Positions 44,840-53,750 of a stretch of 64,000 nt of DNA are shown piece after piece (the first letter of the stretch is position 1; every line of letters begins with the position of its first letter). The position numbers were made by a program, and so were the translations under genes. Location of the stretch: positions 6,760 through 70,759 of the forward strand of contig JBBRTC010000004.1 in the NCBI GenBank assembly GCA_038244765.1, read 5' to 3'. This DNA is from Candidatus Nanopelagicales bacterium (lineage in GTDB: Bacteria; Actinomycetota; Actinomycetes; S36-B12; JBBRLC01). Under the pieces are notes generated by a model. It searched no databases. It was not told the DNA's origin and saw only the letters and a list, made by a program, of their open reading frames with translations.

Positions 44840-45661
44840 TCAGGCTCGCGGGTCCTCGGGCCAGGCCTTCCGCATTCGCAACACGCGACCGTCATTCGTC
44901 ACGCACTCATCGGCGCGCGCAATCATCTCGTCGATGTCATCGACAGCATGCACAAATCGGCCGTTATAGGTGTCCAATCGGCCCTGTGCAACGGCGACCA
45001 CGAGATCGCAAATGCGTTCGATGGGAGTCCAAGCGGCGGCGGGGATCGCAGGGTTGTCGTTGGCCTGCGTACGGACGATTCCGGGACTCAAATCCAACGT
45101 CACAACGCCGGTGCCCTCAAGCTGGCTCGCGAGCTGATCAGTGAGTCGGAACAGGGCAGACTTGCTGACCGGGTACGCCCCATCTGTCATCGGCAACGGC
45201 ATGGCGCCGGCGAGGGAGTTCATCGCGACGATGCGCCCACTACCGCGGGAAACCATCGACGGCAGCACCGCGCGAGCAAACAACATGGGGCCGCGGAGGT
45301 TTGTTTCGACGCGTGACCACCAACCGTCAGGATCTACTTCCCAAAACTTTTCACCGCTCCACGATGCCGAGCGCGCCGCGTTGTTGATCAAGAGGTCTAC
45401 TGGGCCGAGATTTCGTTGAACCTCCGCGACGAAATCTTCGACGGCCCCCCGATCCGCAACGTCGAAAGCACCCGCGACCGTGCGTACTCCATTGGCTTGC
45501 GCCGCAGTGCACGCCGCATCGATGTCTTCTTTGGTTCGTGCCATCAACCCGAGCTGAACGCCGTGAGCCGAGAGTCGATCAGCAAGCGCTCGACCAATCC
45601 CTTTACCAGCGCCAGTGACGATCGCCACCTGTCCTGCCAACGACGATTCCTCGGCTGCCAT
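44840..45661 (-). CDS. Short-chain dehydrogenase/reductase
   Basis: TGAGKGIG, NNAA, YPVSK. Confidence 0.9.
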   Translation of the reverse strand: MAAEESSLAGQVAIVTGAGKGIGRALADRLSAHGVQLGLMARTKEDIDAACTAAQANGVRTVAGAFDVADRGAVEDFVAEVQRNLGPVDLLINNAARSASWSGEKFWEVDPDGWWSRVETNLRGPMLFARAVLPSMVSRGSGRIVAMNSLAGAMPLPMTDGAYPVSKSALFRLTDQLASQLEGTGVVTLDLSPGIVRTQANDNPAIPAAAWTPIERICDLVVAVAQGRLDTYNGRFVHAVDDIDEMIARADECVTNDGRVLRMRKAWPEDPRA

Positions 45662-45855
45662 TGCGCCTCCCCAAAAACTGGCTAATTCCATTGCGGCGTG
45701 GGCAAAAAAAATCCCGAGTGCCCAGGCCACGCCCCGATTTCAGCCAGACCCTAGCCCCGGACCACCGACGTGGGGGGCGCAGTGTCCAAACACGTCGCTC
45801 TCGACGTCGCCATTGACGATCTCGTGATCCGATGAAGGCACCGGATGAGAACCGC

Positions 45856-45902
45856 AGAAGGGGTACGGCGAGACGCATCTCTGCGCTCGCCGTACCCCTT
45901 CT
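45856..45902 (-). terminator. 17-bp stem hairpin after the calcium-binding gene
   Basis: AGAAGGGGTACGGCGAG / CTCGCCGTACCCCTTCT. Confidence 0.75.
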
Positions 45903-45948
45903 CGTGGAGCAGGTTCGATCTGGTTCGGAACTAGTCCAATTGGCTGAA

Positions 45949-46674
45949 CTAGTCGATGATGACGTCCAGGCCGCGACCGCCGCGAATGTGGTCGACTCCG
46001 CTACCGCCGCGAATGTGGTCGCGACCAGGCCCACCATTGATCGTGTCGTTCCCACGACCGCCAAAGAGGTGGTCGTTGCCGAAGCCGCCCCAGATCAGGT
46101 CATTGCCGTCGTTGCCATAGACCCAGTCGTTGCCGTGGTCGCCGTAGAGCTTGTCGTTACCGGCACCACCGACGACGAGGTCGTTGCCGTGGTTTCCATG
46201 GATGGTGTCGTCGCCGGCTCCGCCGCCGAGAACGTCATTGCCCATGCCACCAGTGATCGTGTCATTTCCGGCGCCGCCAATAATAACGTCGTGGCCCCAA
46301 CCACCGTGCAAGGTGTCGTCGCCGAGCCCGCCGCCGATCACGTCGTTACCGCCGAGACCCCACACTGTGTCGTTGCCCGCTCCGGCGTCGATGACATCCC
46401 GACCACGTGAGCCGCAGATCAAGTCGTCTCCACCGAGACCGCGCACGAGCGCGGGACGAGTCAGCACGATCACGTCGCGGCCGTCGGTTCCGGTCACCAG
46501 TCGGCCCTTGCCGACGATAGTGGCGTCGACACCTGCGCACTTGGGGGTCGGCGCCGGGGCCGGAGTGCCGGCGTACGCCGCACCCGCCCCCAAAATTGTG
46601 GCGAAGCCGGTTCCCAAGACCAGGCTGGCCACCGAACCGCCGACCAACATGGTCGCCCTTCGAGTTCTTGCCAT
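45949..46674 (-). CDS. Secreted hemolysin-type (RTX nonapeptide) calcium-binding repeat protein
   Basis: Signal peptide, CAGVDATIVG, many GGxGxDxLx repeats; ATG after GAGGAGG. Confidence 0.88.
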   Translation of the reverse strand: MARTRRATMLVGGSVASLVLGTGFATILGAGAAYAGTPAPAPTPKCAGVDATIVGKGRLVTGTDGRDVIVLTRPALVRGLGGDDLICGSRGRDVIDAGAGNDTVWGLGGNDVIGGGLGDDTLHGGWGHDVIIGGAGNDTITGGMGNDVLGGGAGDDTIHGNHGNDLVVGGAGNDKLYGDHGNDWVYGNDGNDLIWGGFGNDHLFGGRGNDTINGGPGRDHIRGGSGVDHIRGGRGLDVIID

Positions 46675-47003
46675 TGGTTCCTCCTCGATCTTCTGCCGTC
46701 CACCAGAGCCACTTAGCCTCTGGTAGCCACCCCCATGTGAGGGACAAATCCGGCCGTCGACAAGGAGTGTGGACACGGCATGAGGCCCATTGCTACCCAC
46801 ACAACCTCCCCCTGGGATCGACCTATCACTGCCTTAGGGAAACCGTCCCCAAATAGGTGAATTGGCTCGGAATCAGCCGGCGAATCTGCTCCGGGCCGGG
46901 TCATGCCGATACAGCGCTCGTTCGGCAGGACCGTTTTACGCGGGTTATCTCACATTGTGGGATGCGTTGGACAGCATGTGAGACGTGCAGACACACTCGC
47001 CGC

Positions 47004-47090
47004 GTGACCAGGACCCGTGCTTTCCTCGTGGCTCGTCGCCACGTGGACCTCGCCCGCGTGTCCAGCGCGATCTGTCGAAACTCCGACTGA
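47004..47090 (+). CDS. Putative leader peptide (28 aa) upstream of the sulfur assimilation operon
   Basis: VTRTRAFLVARRHVDLARVSSAICRNSD; GTG 6 nt after a TGGACA-N18-CACACT promoter-like motif. Confidence 0.7.
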   Translation: MTRTRAFLVARRHVDLARVSSAICRNSD

Positions 47091-47213
47091 CTCGACTGCC
47101 CGATTGCGGGCGCACGGAGTCGTCGTCGGTGTCCGTGGCCGCGTTTCAGTGATCGGTTCGCGTCCCCACTTACGACTCTCGCGTGCCCCTCATTCTCGAA
47201 GGGGACGTGCCAC

Positions 47214-48884
47214 GTGGCACCCGAAACACGACCAGCCAAACGCCCGCGCGGCGAAGGCCAGTGGGCCCTCGGCCACCTTGAACCACTCAATGCCAACGAG
47301 CGATTCAAGAAGGACGACGATGGCCTCAATGTTCGTGCGCGGATCGAAAACGTCTACTCCGTCCAGGGTTTCCAGTCGATCGACCCGAGCGACTTGCGTG
47401 GACGAATGCGCTGGTGGGGGCTCTACACCCAACGCCGACCGGGGATTGACGGTGGACGTACTGGCGTACTCGAACCACACGAGCTTGACGACGAATACTT
47501 CATGCTCCGCATTCGTAGCGACGGTGGCGCGCTAACCCTCGAACAACTACGCGCCATCGCTGATGTCTCCACGACCTTCGGCCGCGATACCGCAGACATC
47601 ACCGACCGACAAAACATTCAGTTGCACTGGATTCGGGTTGAAGACGTGCCTGAGATTTGGCGCCGACTCGAAGCCGTGGGCCTGTCCAGCACCGAAGCGT
47701 GTGGCGACACTCCACGTGTGGTGTTGGGCTCGCCGGTCGCCGGCATTGCCGCAGACGAAATCCTCGACGGTACGCCGGCGATGAGAGAAATCGTCGATCG
47801 CTATGTCGGCGATAAAGAGTTCTCAAACTTGCCGCGCAAATTCAAGTCCGCCATCTCCGGGTCGCCACATCAGGATGTCGCCCACGAAATCAACGACATT
47901 TCATTCGTCGGAGTCATTCACCCCGAGCACGGTCCTGGCTTCGACTTGTGGGTTGGCGGAGGCCTGTCGACTAATCCGATGCTGGCCAAGCGCCTCGGCG
48001 CGTGGGTACCCCTCGACGAGGTTGCGGACGTGTGGGTGGGCGTCGTGTCCATCTTCCGTGACTACGGGTACCGCCGGCTGCGAACGCGGGCCCGGTTGAA
48101 GTTCCTCGTCGCGGACTGGGGTGTCGACAAGTTCCGTCAGGTCCTCGAAGACGACTACCTCAAGCGCTCCCTCGTTGACGGTCCGCCGCCAGCCGTACCG
48201 CCGACCGGCCGACGCGATCACATCGGCGTTCACCCACAAAAGGACGGGCGCTACTACGTGGGGGCGGCGCCGGTCGTTGGTCGCATCAATGGCACGGTCT
48301 TGTCCGGGGTCGCAGATCTGGCCGAACTTCACGCATCAGGTCGCGTACGCCTGACAGTCGAGCAAAAACTGGTGATTCTCGACGTACCGGCCGACCACAT
48401 CGAGGCACTCGTCGCAGGCCTCGACGCACTTGGGTTGCAAGTGCACTCGAGTACCTTCCGACGCGGGACGATGGCCTGCACCGGTATCGAATTCTGCAAA
48501 CTCGCCATCGTCGAGACCAAGGCCCGCGCCGCCGACCTCGTCGCCGAACTCGAAACGCGACTCCCGACTTTCGAAAATCCGCTCTCGATCCATGTCAATG
48601 GCTGCCCGAATTCATGTGCGCGATTTCAGGTCGCAGACATTGGACTCAAGGGCTCGTTGGTGACCAACTCTCATGGCGACATGGTCGAGGGTTTCCAGGT
48701 CCACCTGGGGGGATCGCTCGGTGAGGAAGCCGGTTTCGGACGAAAGCCTCGCGGACTCAAGGTCGCAGCGCAGGAGTTGCCCAACTTCGTCGAGCGTCTT
48801 GTCACGAACTACGAGAAAGAACGTGACGGCGACGAGACATTTGCTCAATGGTCTCTGCGGGCAGATGAGGAGGCACTTCGATGA
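47214..48884 (+). CDS. sir: Ferredoxin-dependent sulfite/nitrite reductase
   Basis: WWGLYTQ, TDRQNIQ, LPRKFK, ACTGIEFC, NGCPNSC. Confidence 0.92.
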   Translation: MAPETRPAKRPRGEGQWALGHLEPLNANERFKKDDDGLNVRARIENVYSVQGFQSIDPSDLRGRMRWWGLYTQRRPGIDGGRTGVLEPHELDDEYFMLRIRSDGGALTLEQLRAIADVSTTFGRDTADITDRQNIQLHWIRVEDVPEIWRRLEAVGLSSTEACGDTPRVVLGSPVAGIAADEILDGTPAMREIVDRYVGDKEFSNLPRKFKSAISGSPHQDVAHEINDISFVGVIHPEHGPGFDLWVGGGLSTNPMLAKRLGAWVPLDEVADVWVGVVSIFRDYGYRRLRTRARLKFLVADWGVDKFRQVLEDDYLKRSLVDGPPPAVPPTGRRDHIGVHPQKDGRYYVGAAPVVGRINGTVLSGVADLAELHASGRVRLTVEQKLVILDVPADHIEALVAGLDALGLQVHSSTFRRGTMACTGIEFCKLAIVETKARAADLVAELETRLPTFENPLSIHVNGCPNSCARFQVADIGLKGSLVTNSHGDMVEGFQVHLGGSLGEEAGFGRKPRGLKVAAQELPNFVERLVTNYEKERDGDETFAQWSLRADEEALR

Positions 48885-49036
48885 GTGAGCGTGCTGTGCC
48901 ATTCCATTGCCCTTATTGCGCTGATGAGGACCTGCGTCCGTTCGAAGACACCCACGGCACGTGGGAGTGCCGATCGTGTGGACGAGTGTTCTCGCTGAAA
49001 ATGCTCGGTCTCAGTGCCACGGCGGTGCAGCGATGA
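48881..49036 (+). CDS. Small zinc-ribbon protein (51 aa), absent from the ORF track
   Basis: MSERAVPFHCPYCADEDLRP...WECRSCGRVF; ATGA overlaps with both sir and cysH. Confidence 0.85.
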   Translation: MSERAVPFHCPYCADEDLRPFEDTHGTWECRSCGRVFSLKMLGLSATAVQR

Positions 49037-49770
49037 CAACGCCGTCCGTTGACGAACGTGACGTGATGGCTCTGCGGGATGCGGTTGAGCGCGGTCAAGC
49101 TCTGTTGGCGAATCTCGGACCCAAGTCCACGCCGATCGAGCAAGCACGGGTGTCGTTGGCCTGGGCGCACGAAGAATTCGGTGAGAAGTTCGCCGTTGCC
49201 TCGAGTATGGGCGACGAGGCATTGGTGCACTTGGCGTCGCAGCAAGCGCCCGGCGTCGATGTCGTGTTCCTCGACACTGGATATCACTTCGCGGAGACCA
49301 TCGGACTCCGTGATGCCATCGCGGCGGCGAGCAACGTACGAATGAAGACCGTGTTGCCGTTGTTGACCGTTACTGAGCAGGACGCGGAGTACGGCGCAAA
49401 GTTGCACGATCGCGATCCAGACAAGTGCTGCGCAATGCGCAAGGTCGAACCGCTTGAGCGAGCTCTCGGCTCGTATGACGCGTGGGCGACCGGGATGCGT
49501 CGTGTCGATGCGCCTACCCGCCTCGATATCGACGTGATCGGCTGGGATACCAAGCGCAACATGGTCAAACTCAATCCGCTCGCCGAGTGGTCAGATGACG
49601 ACGTCGACACGTACATCACTGAGAATGCCGTGCTGCTCAATCCGTTGCGACAGTTGGGTTATGCCTCGATTGGGTGCGAGCCTTGCACCAGAGCGGTAGC
49701 GCCCGGGGAGGACCCCCGTTCAGGCCGCTGGGCGGGGCTAGACAAGACGGAGTGCGGTTTACACACATGA
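49033..49770 (+). CDS. cysH: APS/PAPS reductase (CC + CxxC Fe-S type)
   Basis: LDTGYHF, KCCAMRK, SIGCEPCT, KTECGLH. Confidence 0.95.
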   Translation: MTTPSVDERDVMALRDAVERGQALLANLGPKSTPIEQARVSLAWAHEEFGEKFAVASSMGDEALVHLASQQAPGVDVVFLDTGYHFAETIGLRDAIAAASNVRMKTVLPLLTVTEQDAEYGAKLHDRDPDKCCAMRKVEPLERALGSYDAWATGMRRVDAPTRLDIDVIGWDTKRNMVKLNPLAEWSDDDVDTYITENAVLLNPLRQLGYASIGCEPCTRAVAPGEDPRSGRWAGLDKTECGLHT

Positions 49771-50711
49771 CCACTCCAGCGAAGCCCGGTCCGACGTCGT
49801 CGGGTGACGTCGCGGCATACACATTGACTCATCTTGAGGCACTCGAGAGCGAGTCGATCCACATCTTCCGCGAAGTTGCGGGCGAGTTTGATCGACCCGT
49901 CCTGCTCTTTAGTGGCGGCAAAGACTCGGTCGTGATGTTGCGCCTCGCGGTCAAGGCGTTTTGGCCCGCTCCCGTTCCCTTCCCCGTATTACACGTGGAC
50001 ACCGGACACAACTTTCCCGAGGTGCTTGAATACCGCGATCGCACTGTGGAAGACGTGGGCGTACGGCTGGTCGTCACAAGGGTGCAGGACTACATCGATG
50101 ACGGACGGCTGCGTGACCGACCAGACGGAACACGCAACCCGCTGCAAACATTGCCGTTGCTCGACGCAATCGCCGCGGGCAAGTTCGACGCGGTCTTCGG
50201 TGGCGGTCGCCGCGATGAAGAGAAGGCGAGAGCCAAGGAGCGGGTCTTCTCATTGAGAGACGAGTTTGGCCAATGGGATCCGCGCCGACAACGGCCAGAA
50301 CTCTGGGACCTCTACAACGGTCGGCATCGCGCTGGCGAACACGTACGCGTGTTCCCGCTATCTAACTGGACAGAGCTCGACGTCTGGCGCTACATCGCGA
50401 ACGACGAGATCGAACTGCCGGCCATGTACTACGCCCACGAGCGTGACGTCTTCGAACGTGACGGCATGTGGCTGGCACCTGGGGAATGGGGCGGTCCACG
50501 AGCCGGAGAAGTGGTGGAGCGTCGCCGAGTTCGCTATCGCACCGTCGGGGACATGTCCTGCACTGGCGCTGTGGACTCCGACGCCACCGATGCCGTGGAA
50601 GTGCTCCGCGAAGTGGCTGCGAGCCGGCTCACCGAACGCGGCGCCACCCGCGCAGACGATCGGTTGAGCGAAGCCGCAATGGAGGACCGTAAGAAGGAGG
50701 GCTACTTCTGA
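49767..50711 (+). CDS. cysD: Sulfate adenylyltransferase subunit 2
   Basis: FSGGKDS, RRDEEKARAKER, MEDRKKEGYF. Confidence 0.96.
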   Translation: MTTPAKPGPTSSGDVAAYTLTHLEALESESIHIFREVAGEFDRPVLLFSGGKDSVVMLRLAVKAFWPAPVPFPVLHVDTGHNFPEVLEYRDRTVEDVGVRLVVTRVQDYIDDGRLRDRPDGTRNPLQTLPLLDAIAAGKFDAVFGGGRRDEEKARAKERVFSLRDEFGQWDPRRQRPELWDLYNGRHRAGEHVRVFPLSNWTELDVWRYIANDEIELPAMYYAHERDVFERDGMWLAPGEWGGPRAGEVVERRRVRYRTVGDMSCTGAVDSDATDAVEVLREVAASRLTERGATRADDRLSEAAMEDRKKEGYF

Positions 50712-52009
50712 TGGTCACGCCAACCCACCCTCACGATCTGCTTCGCTTCGCTACCGCGGGAAGTGTCGACGACGGGAAAAGCACACTCGTTGGGCGACTC
50801 CTGCATGACACGAAGTCGGTCTTGGCCGATCAGTTGGCCGCGGTTGAGCGGGTTAGTCGCGACCGCGGACTGCATGGGGCCGACCTTGCGCTGCTCACTG
50901 ACGGACTCCGCGCCGAACGCGAGCAGGGCATCACCATCGACGTCGCTTATCGCTATTTCTCTACCGAAACACGCTCATTCATCCTGGCTGACACCCCCGG
51001 ACACGTCGAATACACCCGAAACATGGTGACCGGCGCCTCGACGGCCGAACTCGCGCTCGTACTCGTCGACGCGCGACACGGAATTATCGAGCAGACTCGC
51101 CGACACGCTGCGGTGGCTGCGCTCCTCGGCATACGACACGTCGTCCTTGCGGTGAACAAGATGGACCTGATCGAGTGGGACGAGGCGACCTTCAACTCGA
51201 TCAGTAGCGATTTCACCGCCTTTGCCAAAGAATTCGACGTCGACGACGTGGTGGCAATTCCACTGTCGGCACTGCTCGGAGACAACGTCGTCGATCGATC
51301 GACAAATATGTCCTGGTATGCAGGTCCGACTCTGCTCGAGCACCTGGAAATGGTCGAGGTTGGCGACGATCCGAGACATCAGGTGTTTCGCTTCCCAGTT
51401 CAATACGTCGTACGGCCACAGTCAGCGGACCACGCCGACTATCGAGGCTACGCGGGACGTATCGCCTCGGGTGTGGTGTCGGTCGGCGACGACGTGGTGG
51501 TTTTGCCGTCGGGATATACATCACGCGTCGTGGGGATCGATACCCACCAAGCAACTCATCAGCACGCATTTTCTCCACAGTCAGTCACGTTGCGACTGGC
51601 GGAAGAGATTGATATCTCCCGTGGTGACCTCATCGCTCCGATCGAGTCGCAGCCACCACTCACCCAAGACCTGATGGGCACCGTGTGCGTCGTCGCGGCA
51701 AGTGCTTTGCAGCCTGGGCAGCGCGTGCTAGTTCGTATCGGGACGCGAACCGTGCGTGGTGCAGTTCGTGAGGTCATGGACCACCTGGACATCCATACGC
51801 TCGAGCGCCACGAGTTTCCAGATACGTTGGAACTCAATGAAATTGGCCGTATCCGCATTCGGCTTACTGAGGCCGTGCCTGTCGATGACTACAACCTCAT
51901 TCGGCGTACCGGTTCGTTCCTTGTCATTGACGACGCGGATGGATCAACTCTTGCTGCGGGCCTCGCAGAAGCGCCAAAGGAAGCGACTCCTGAGGGTGCA
52001 AATTCATGA
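50711..52009 (+). CDS. cysN: Sulfate adenylyltransferase subunit 1 (no fused CysC)
   Basis: GSVDDGKST, EQGITIDVAY, DTPGH, NKMD. Confidence 0.95.
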   Translation: MVTPTHPHDLLRFATAGSVDDGKSTLVGRLLHDTKSVLADQLAAVERVSRDRGLHGADLALLTDGLRAEREQGITIDVAYRYFSTETRSFILADTPGHVEYTRNMVTGASTAELALVLVDARHGIIEQTRRHAAVAALLGIRHVVLAVNKMDLIEWDEATFNSISSDFTAFAKEFDVDDVVAIPLSALLGDNVVDRSTNMSWYAGPTLLEHLEMVEVGDDPRHQVFRFPVQYVVRPQSADHADYRGYAGRIASGVVSVGDDVVVLPSGYTSRVVGIDTHQATHQHAFSPQSVTLRLAEEIDISRGDLIAPIESQPPLTQDLMGTVCVVAASALQPGQRVLVRIGTRTVRGAVREVMDHLDIHTLERHEFPDTLELNEIGRIRIRLTEAVPVDDYNLIRRTGSFLVIDDADGSTLAAGLAEAPKEATPEGANS

Positions 52010-52899
52010 GCGCCCAGCCGGACACGACCGCTGCGCTCGCCCATGAGCCCCATGCGGGGGATGGCCAGGTCCATGACGATGTGGCACTTCATCTGCACGA
52101 TGTGAGCAGGTACTACGCGGGGACTACGGGTCGCGGCCACGCCCTCGACAACGTAAGTCTCGACATTGCCTGTGGGGAATTCGTTTGCATCGTCGGCCCC
52201 TCAGGCTGCGGCAAGTCAACGCTGCTTGACATCCTTGCTGGCCATCAACAGCCAGATGCCGGAGAGGTCTTAGCGCATGGTGAGCGCATCGACGGGCCAG
52301 GTCGGCGACGGATGGTCGTCTTTCAGGAACACGCATTGTTTCCCTGGCTCAACGTCATCGAGAATGTTGAGTTCGGATTACATCGGGCTGGCCACGACCA
52401 GGTCACGGCACGACGGATAGCCCACAATTGGCTCGAAAGAGTTCATCTTCCCGACGTCGCGACGGCGCGTATTCACGAACTGTCTGGCGGAATGAAGCAA
52501 CGTGTTGCGCTAGCGCGGGCGTTATCACTGGACCCCGAAGTCCTGCTCATGGACGAGCCATTCGCCGCCCTAGATGCACAGACTCGGGATCACCTTCATG
52601 CCGAAGTCCAAGAACTATGGCAAGACACTGGCAAGACGATCGTTTTCGTGACCCACAACGTGCGAGAGGCGGTCGTGTTGGGAGACCGAGTCGCAGTGAT
52701 GGCCGCGAAACCAGGACGGATGCGCGCCGTAGTTAACGTCCCCCTCCCTCGAACGCGGTTACTTGAGGACCCGGAAGTTGTCGCATTGGCCCGCGTCGTG
52801 GGTCACTACTTGCGGGATGGCGCGGCCCTCGATGGTGAGGTCTTCGACGCTACTCCCCGCGACGAGGCAGCACCCACTGAAACGGCTGACGCGCCATGA
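52006..52899 (+). CDS. ABC transporter ATP-binding protein (sulfonate/nitrate family)
   Basis: GPSGCGKST, LSGGMKQR, LMDEPF, FVTH. Confidence 0.9.
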   Translation: MSAQPDTTAALAHEPHAGDGQVHDDVALHLHDVSRYYAGTTGRGHALDNVSLDIACGEFVCIVGPSGCGKSTLLDILAGHQQPDAGEVLAHGERIDGPGRRRMVVFQEHALFPWLNVIENVEFGLHRAGHDQVTARRIAHNWLERVHLPDVATARIHELSGGMKQRVALARALSLDPEVLLMDEPFAALDAQTRDHLHAEVQELWQDTGKTIVFVTHNVREAVVLGDRVAVMAAKPGRMRAVVNVPLPRTRLLEDPEVVALARVVGHYLRDGAALDGEVFDATPRDEAAPTETADAP

Positions 52900-53750
52900 C
52901 CACCGCGAGCACCGCGAGCACCGCGCGACGCCCTGGCGAAACCAGCGGCGAGGAGCGAATCGTTGCTCCCCGGACCCGATCGTCGCGAACGGTTTCCGTC
53001 CTCGTTCCGCCTTTAGTAACAGCGATTGTCGGCCTGGTCGGGTGGCAGTTGCTCGCTTCGCGCCCCAGCACGTCCTTGACCGGACCAGTGACGACACTCC
53101 GTACCTTGTTGGCTCTCACCTACAACGGACAACTAGCAAGCGACCTTGGCCGGACACTTGTGCTGATGGGAATCGGCTTCAGCGGAAGTGCGATTGCTGG
53201 CGTTCTCCTCGGGTTGGTGCTGGGTAGCAACTCCTTGGCCGATCGCGGGCTCTCGCCTTACCTTGTCGGATTGCAATCTTTGCCGTCGGCCGTGTGGATT
53301 CCGCTCGCCGTTATCATCGGTGGTACCAACGTCACCTCGGTCATCGCCGTGACGGTGCTCGGTGCAATCCCTTCCATTGCGATCGGTACGCGAGATGCCG
53401 TACATTCGATTCCGCCGTTGATCATCCGAGCAGCTCAGACACTCGGCGCGCGCGGACGAACAATGATGACCCGCGTCGTTGTCCCCGCCGCACTGCCCGG
53501 AATCGTGGACGGGCTCCAGCACGGATGGGCCTTTGCATTTCGATCGCTGATCGCTGCCGAACTCATCCTGGGCACGGGGATCGGCGCCTTTCTTGGTGTC
53601 GCCAAGAAGGAAGATCGTGTCGACAAAGTGCTCTCGGTTGTGATTTCAGTGCTCATTGTCGGACTTGTCGTCGACCGTCTCGGCTTCGCACGAATTCGCC
53701 GCACACTCCGACGTCGCCGCGGCATGCCGGTCGTGGGGGACCTGCTGTGA
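52896..53750 (+). CDS. ABC transporter permease (sulfonate/nitrate family)
   Basis: LQSLPSAVW, EAA-like RAAQTLGA, WAFAFRSLIAAE. Confidence 0.88.
   Translation: MTTASTASTARRPGETSGEERIVAPRTRSSRTVSVLVPPLVTAIVGLVGWQLLASRPSTSLTGPVTTLRTLLALTYNGQLASDLGRTLVLMGIGFSGSAIAGVLLGLVLGSNSLADRGLSPYLVGLQSLPSAVWIPLAVIIGGTNVTSVIAVTVLGAIPSIAIGTRDAVHSIPPLIIRAAQTLGARGRTMMTRVVVPAALPGIVDGLQHGWAFAFRSLIAAELILGTGIGAFLGVAKKEDRVDKVLSVVISVLIVGLVVDRLGFARIRRTLRRRRGMPVVGDLL

Noticed and set aside
45949-46500. 27-bp periodic repeats as a CRISPR array or RTX toxin
   Set aside because: Degenerate coding nonapeptide Ca-binding repeats in a small Sec-secreted protein; no spacers, cas genes, toxin domain or type I secretion genes
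36920-46900. Genomic island integrated at tRNA-Arg
   Set aside because: No integrase and no duplicated tRNA 3' end seen; downstream genes look like ordinary chromosomal genes
48881-49036. IS1-like transposase fragment
   Set aside because: No terminal repeats or catalytic domain; tightly coupled inside the cys operon
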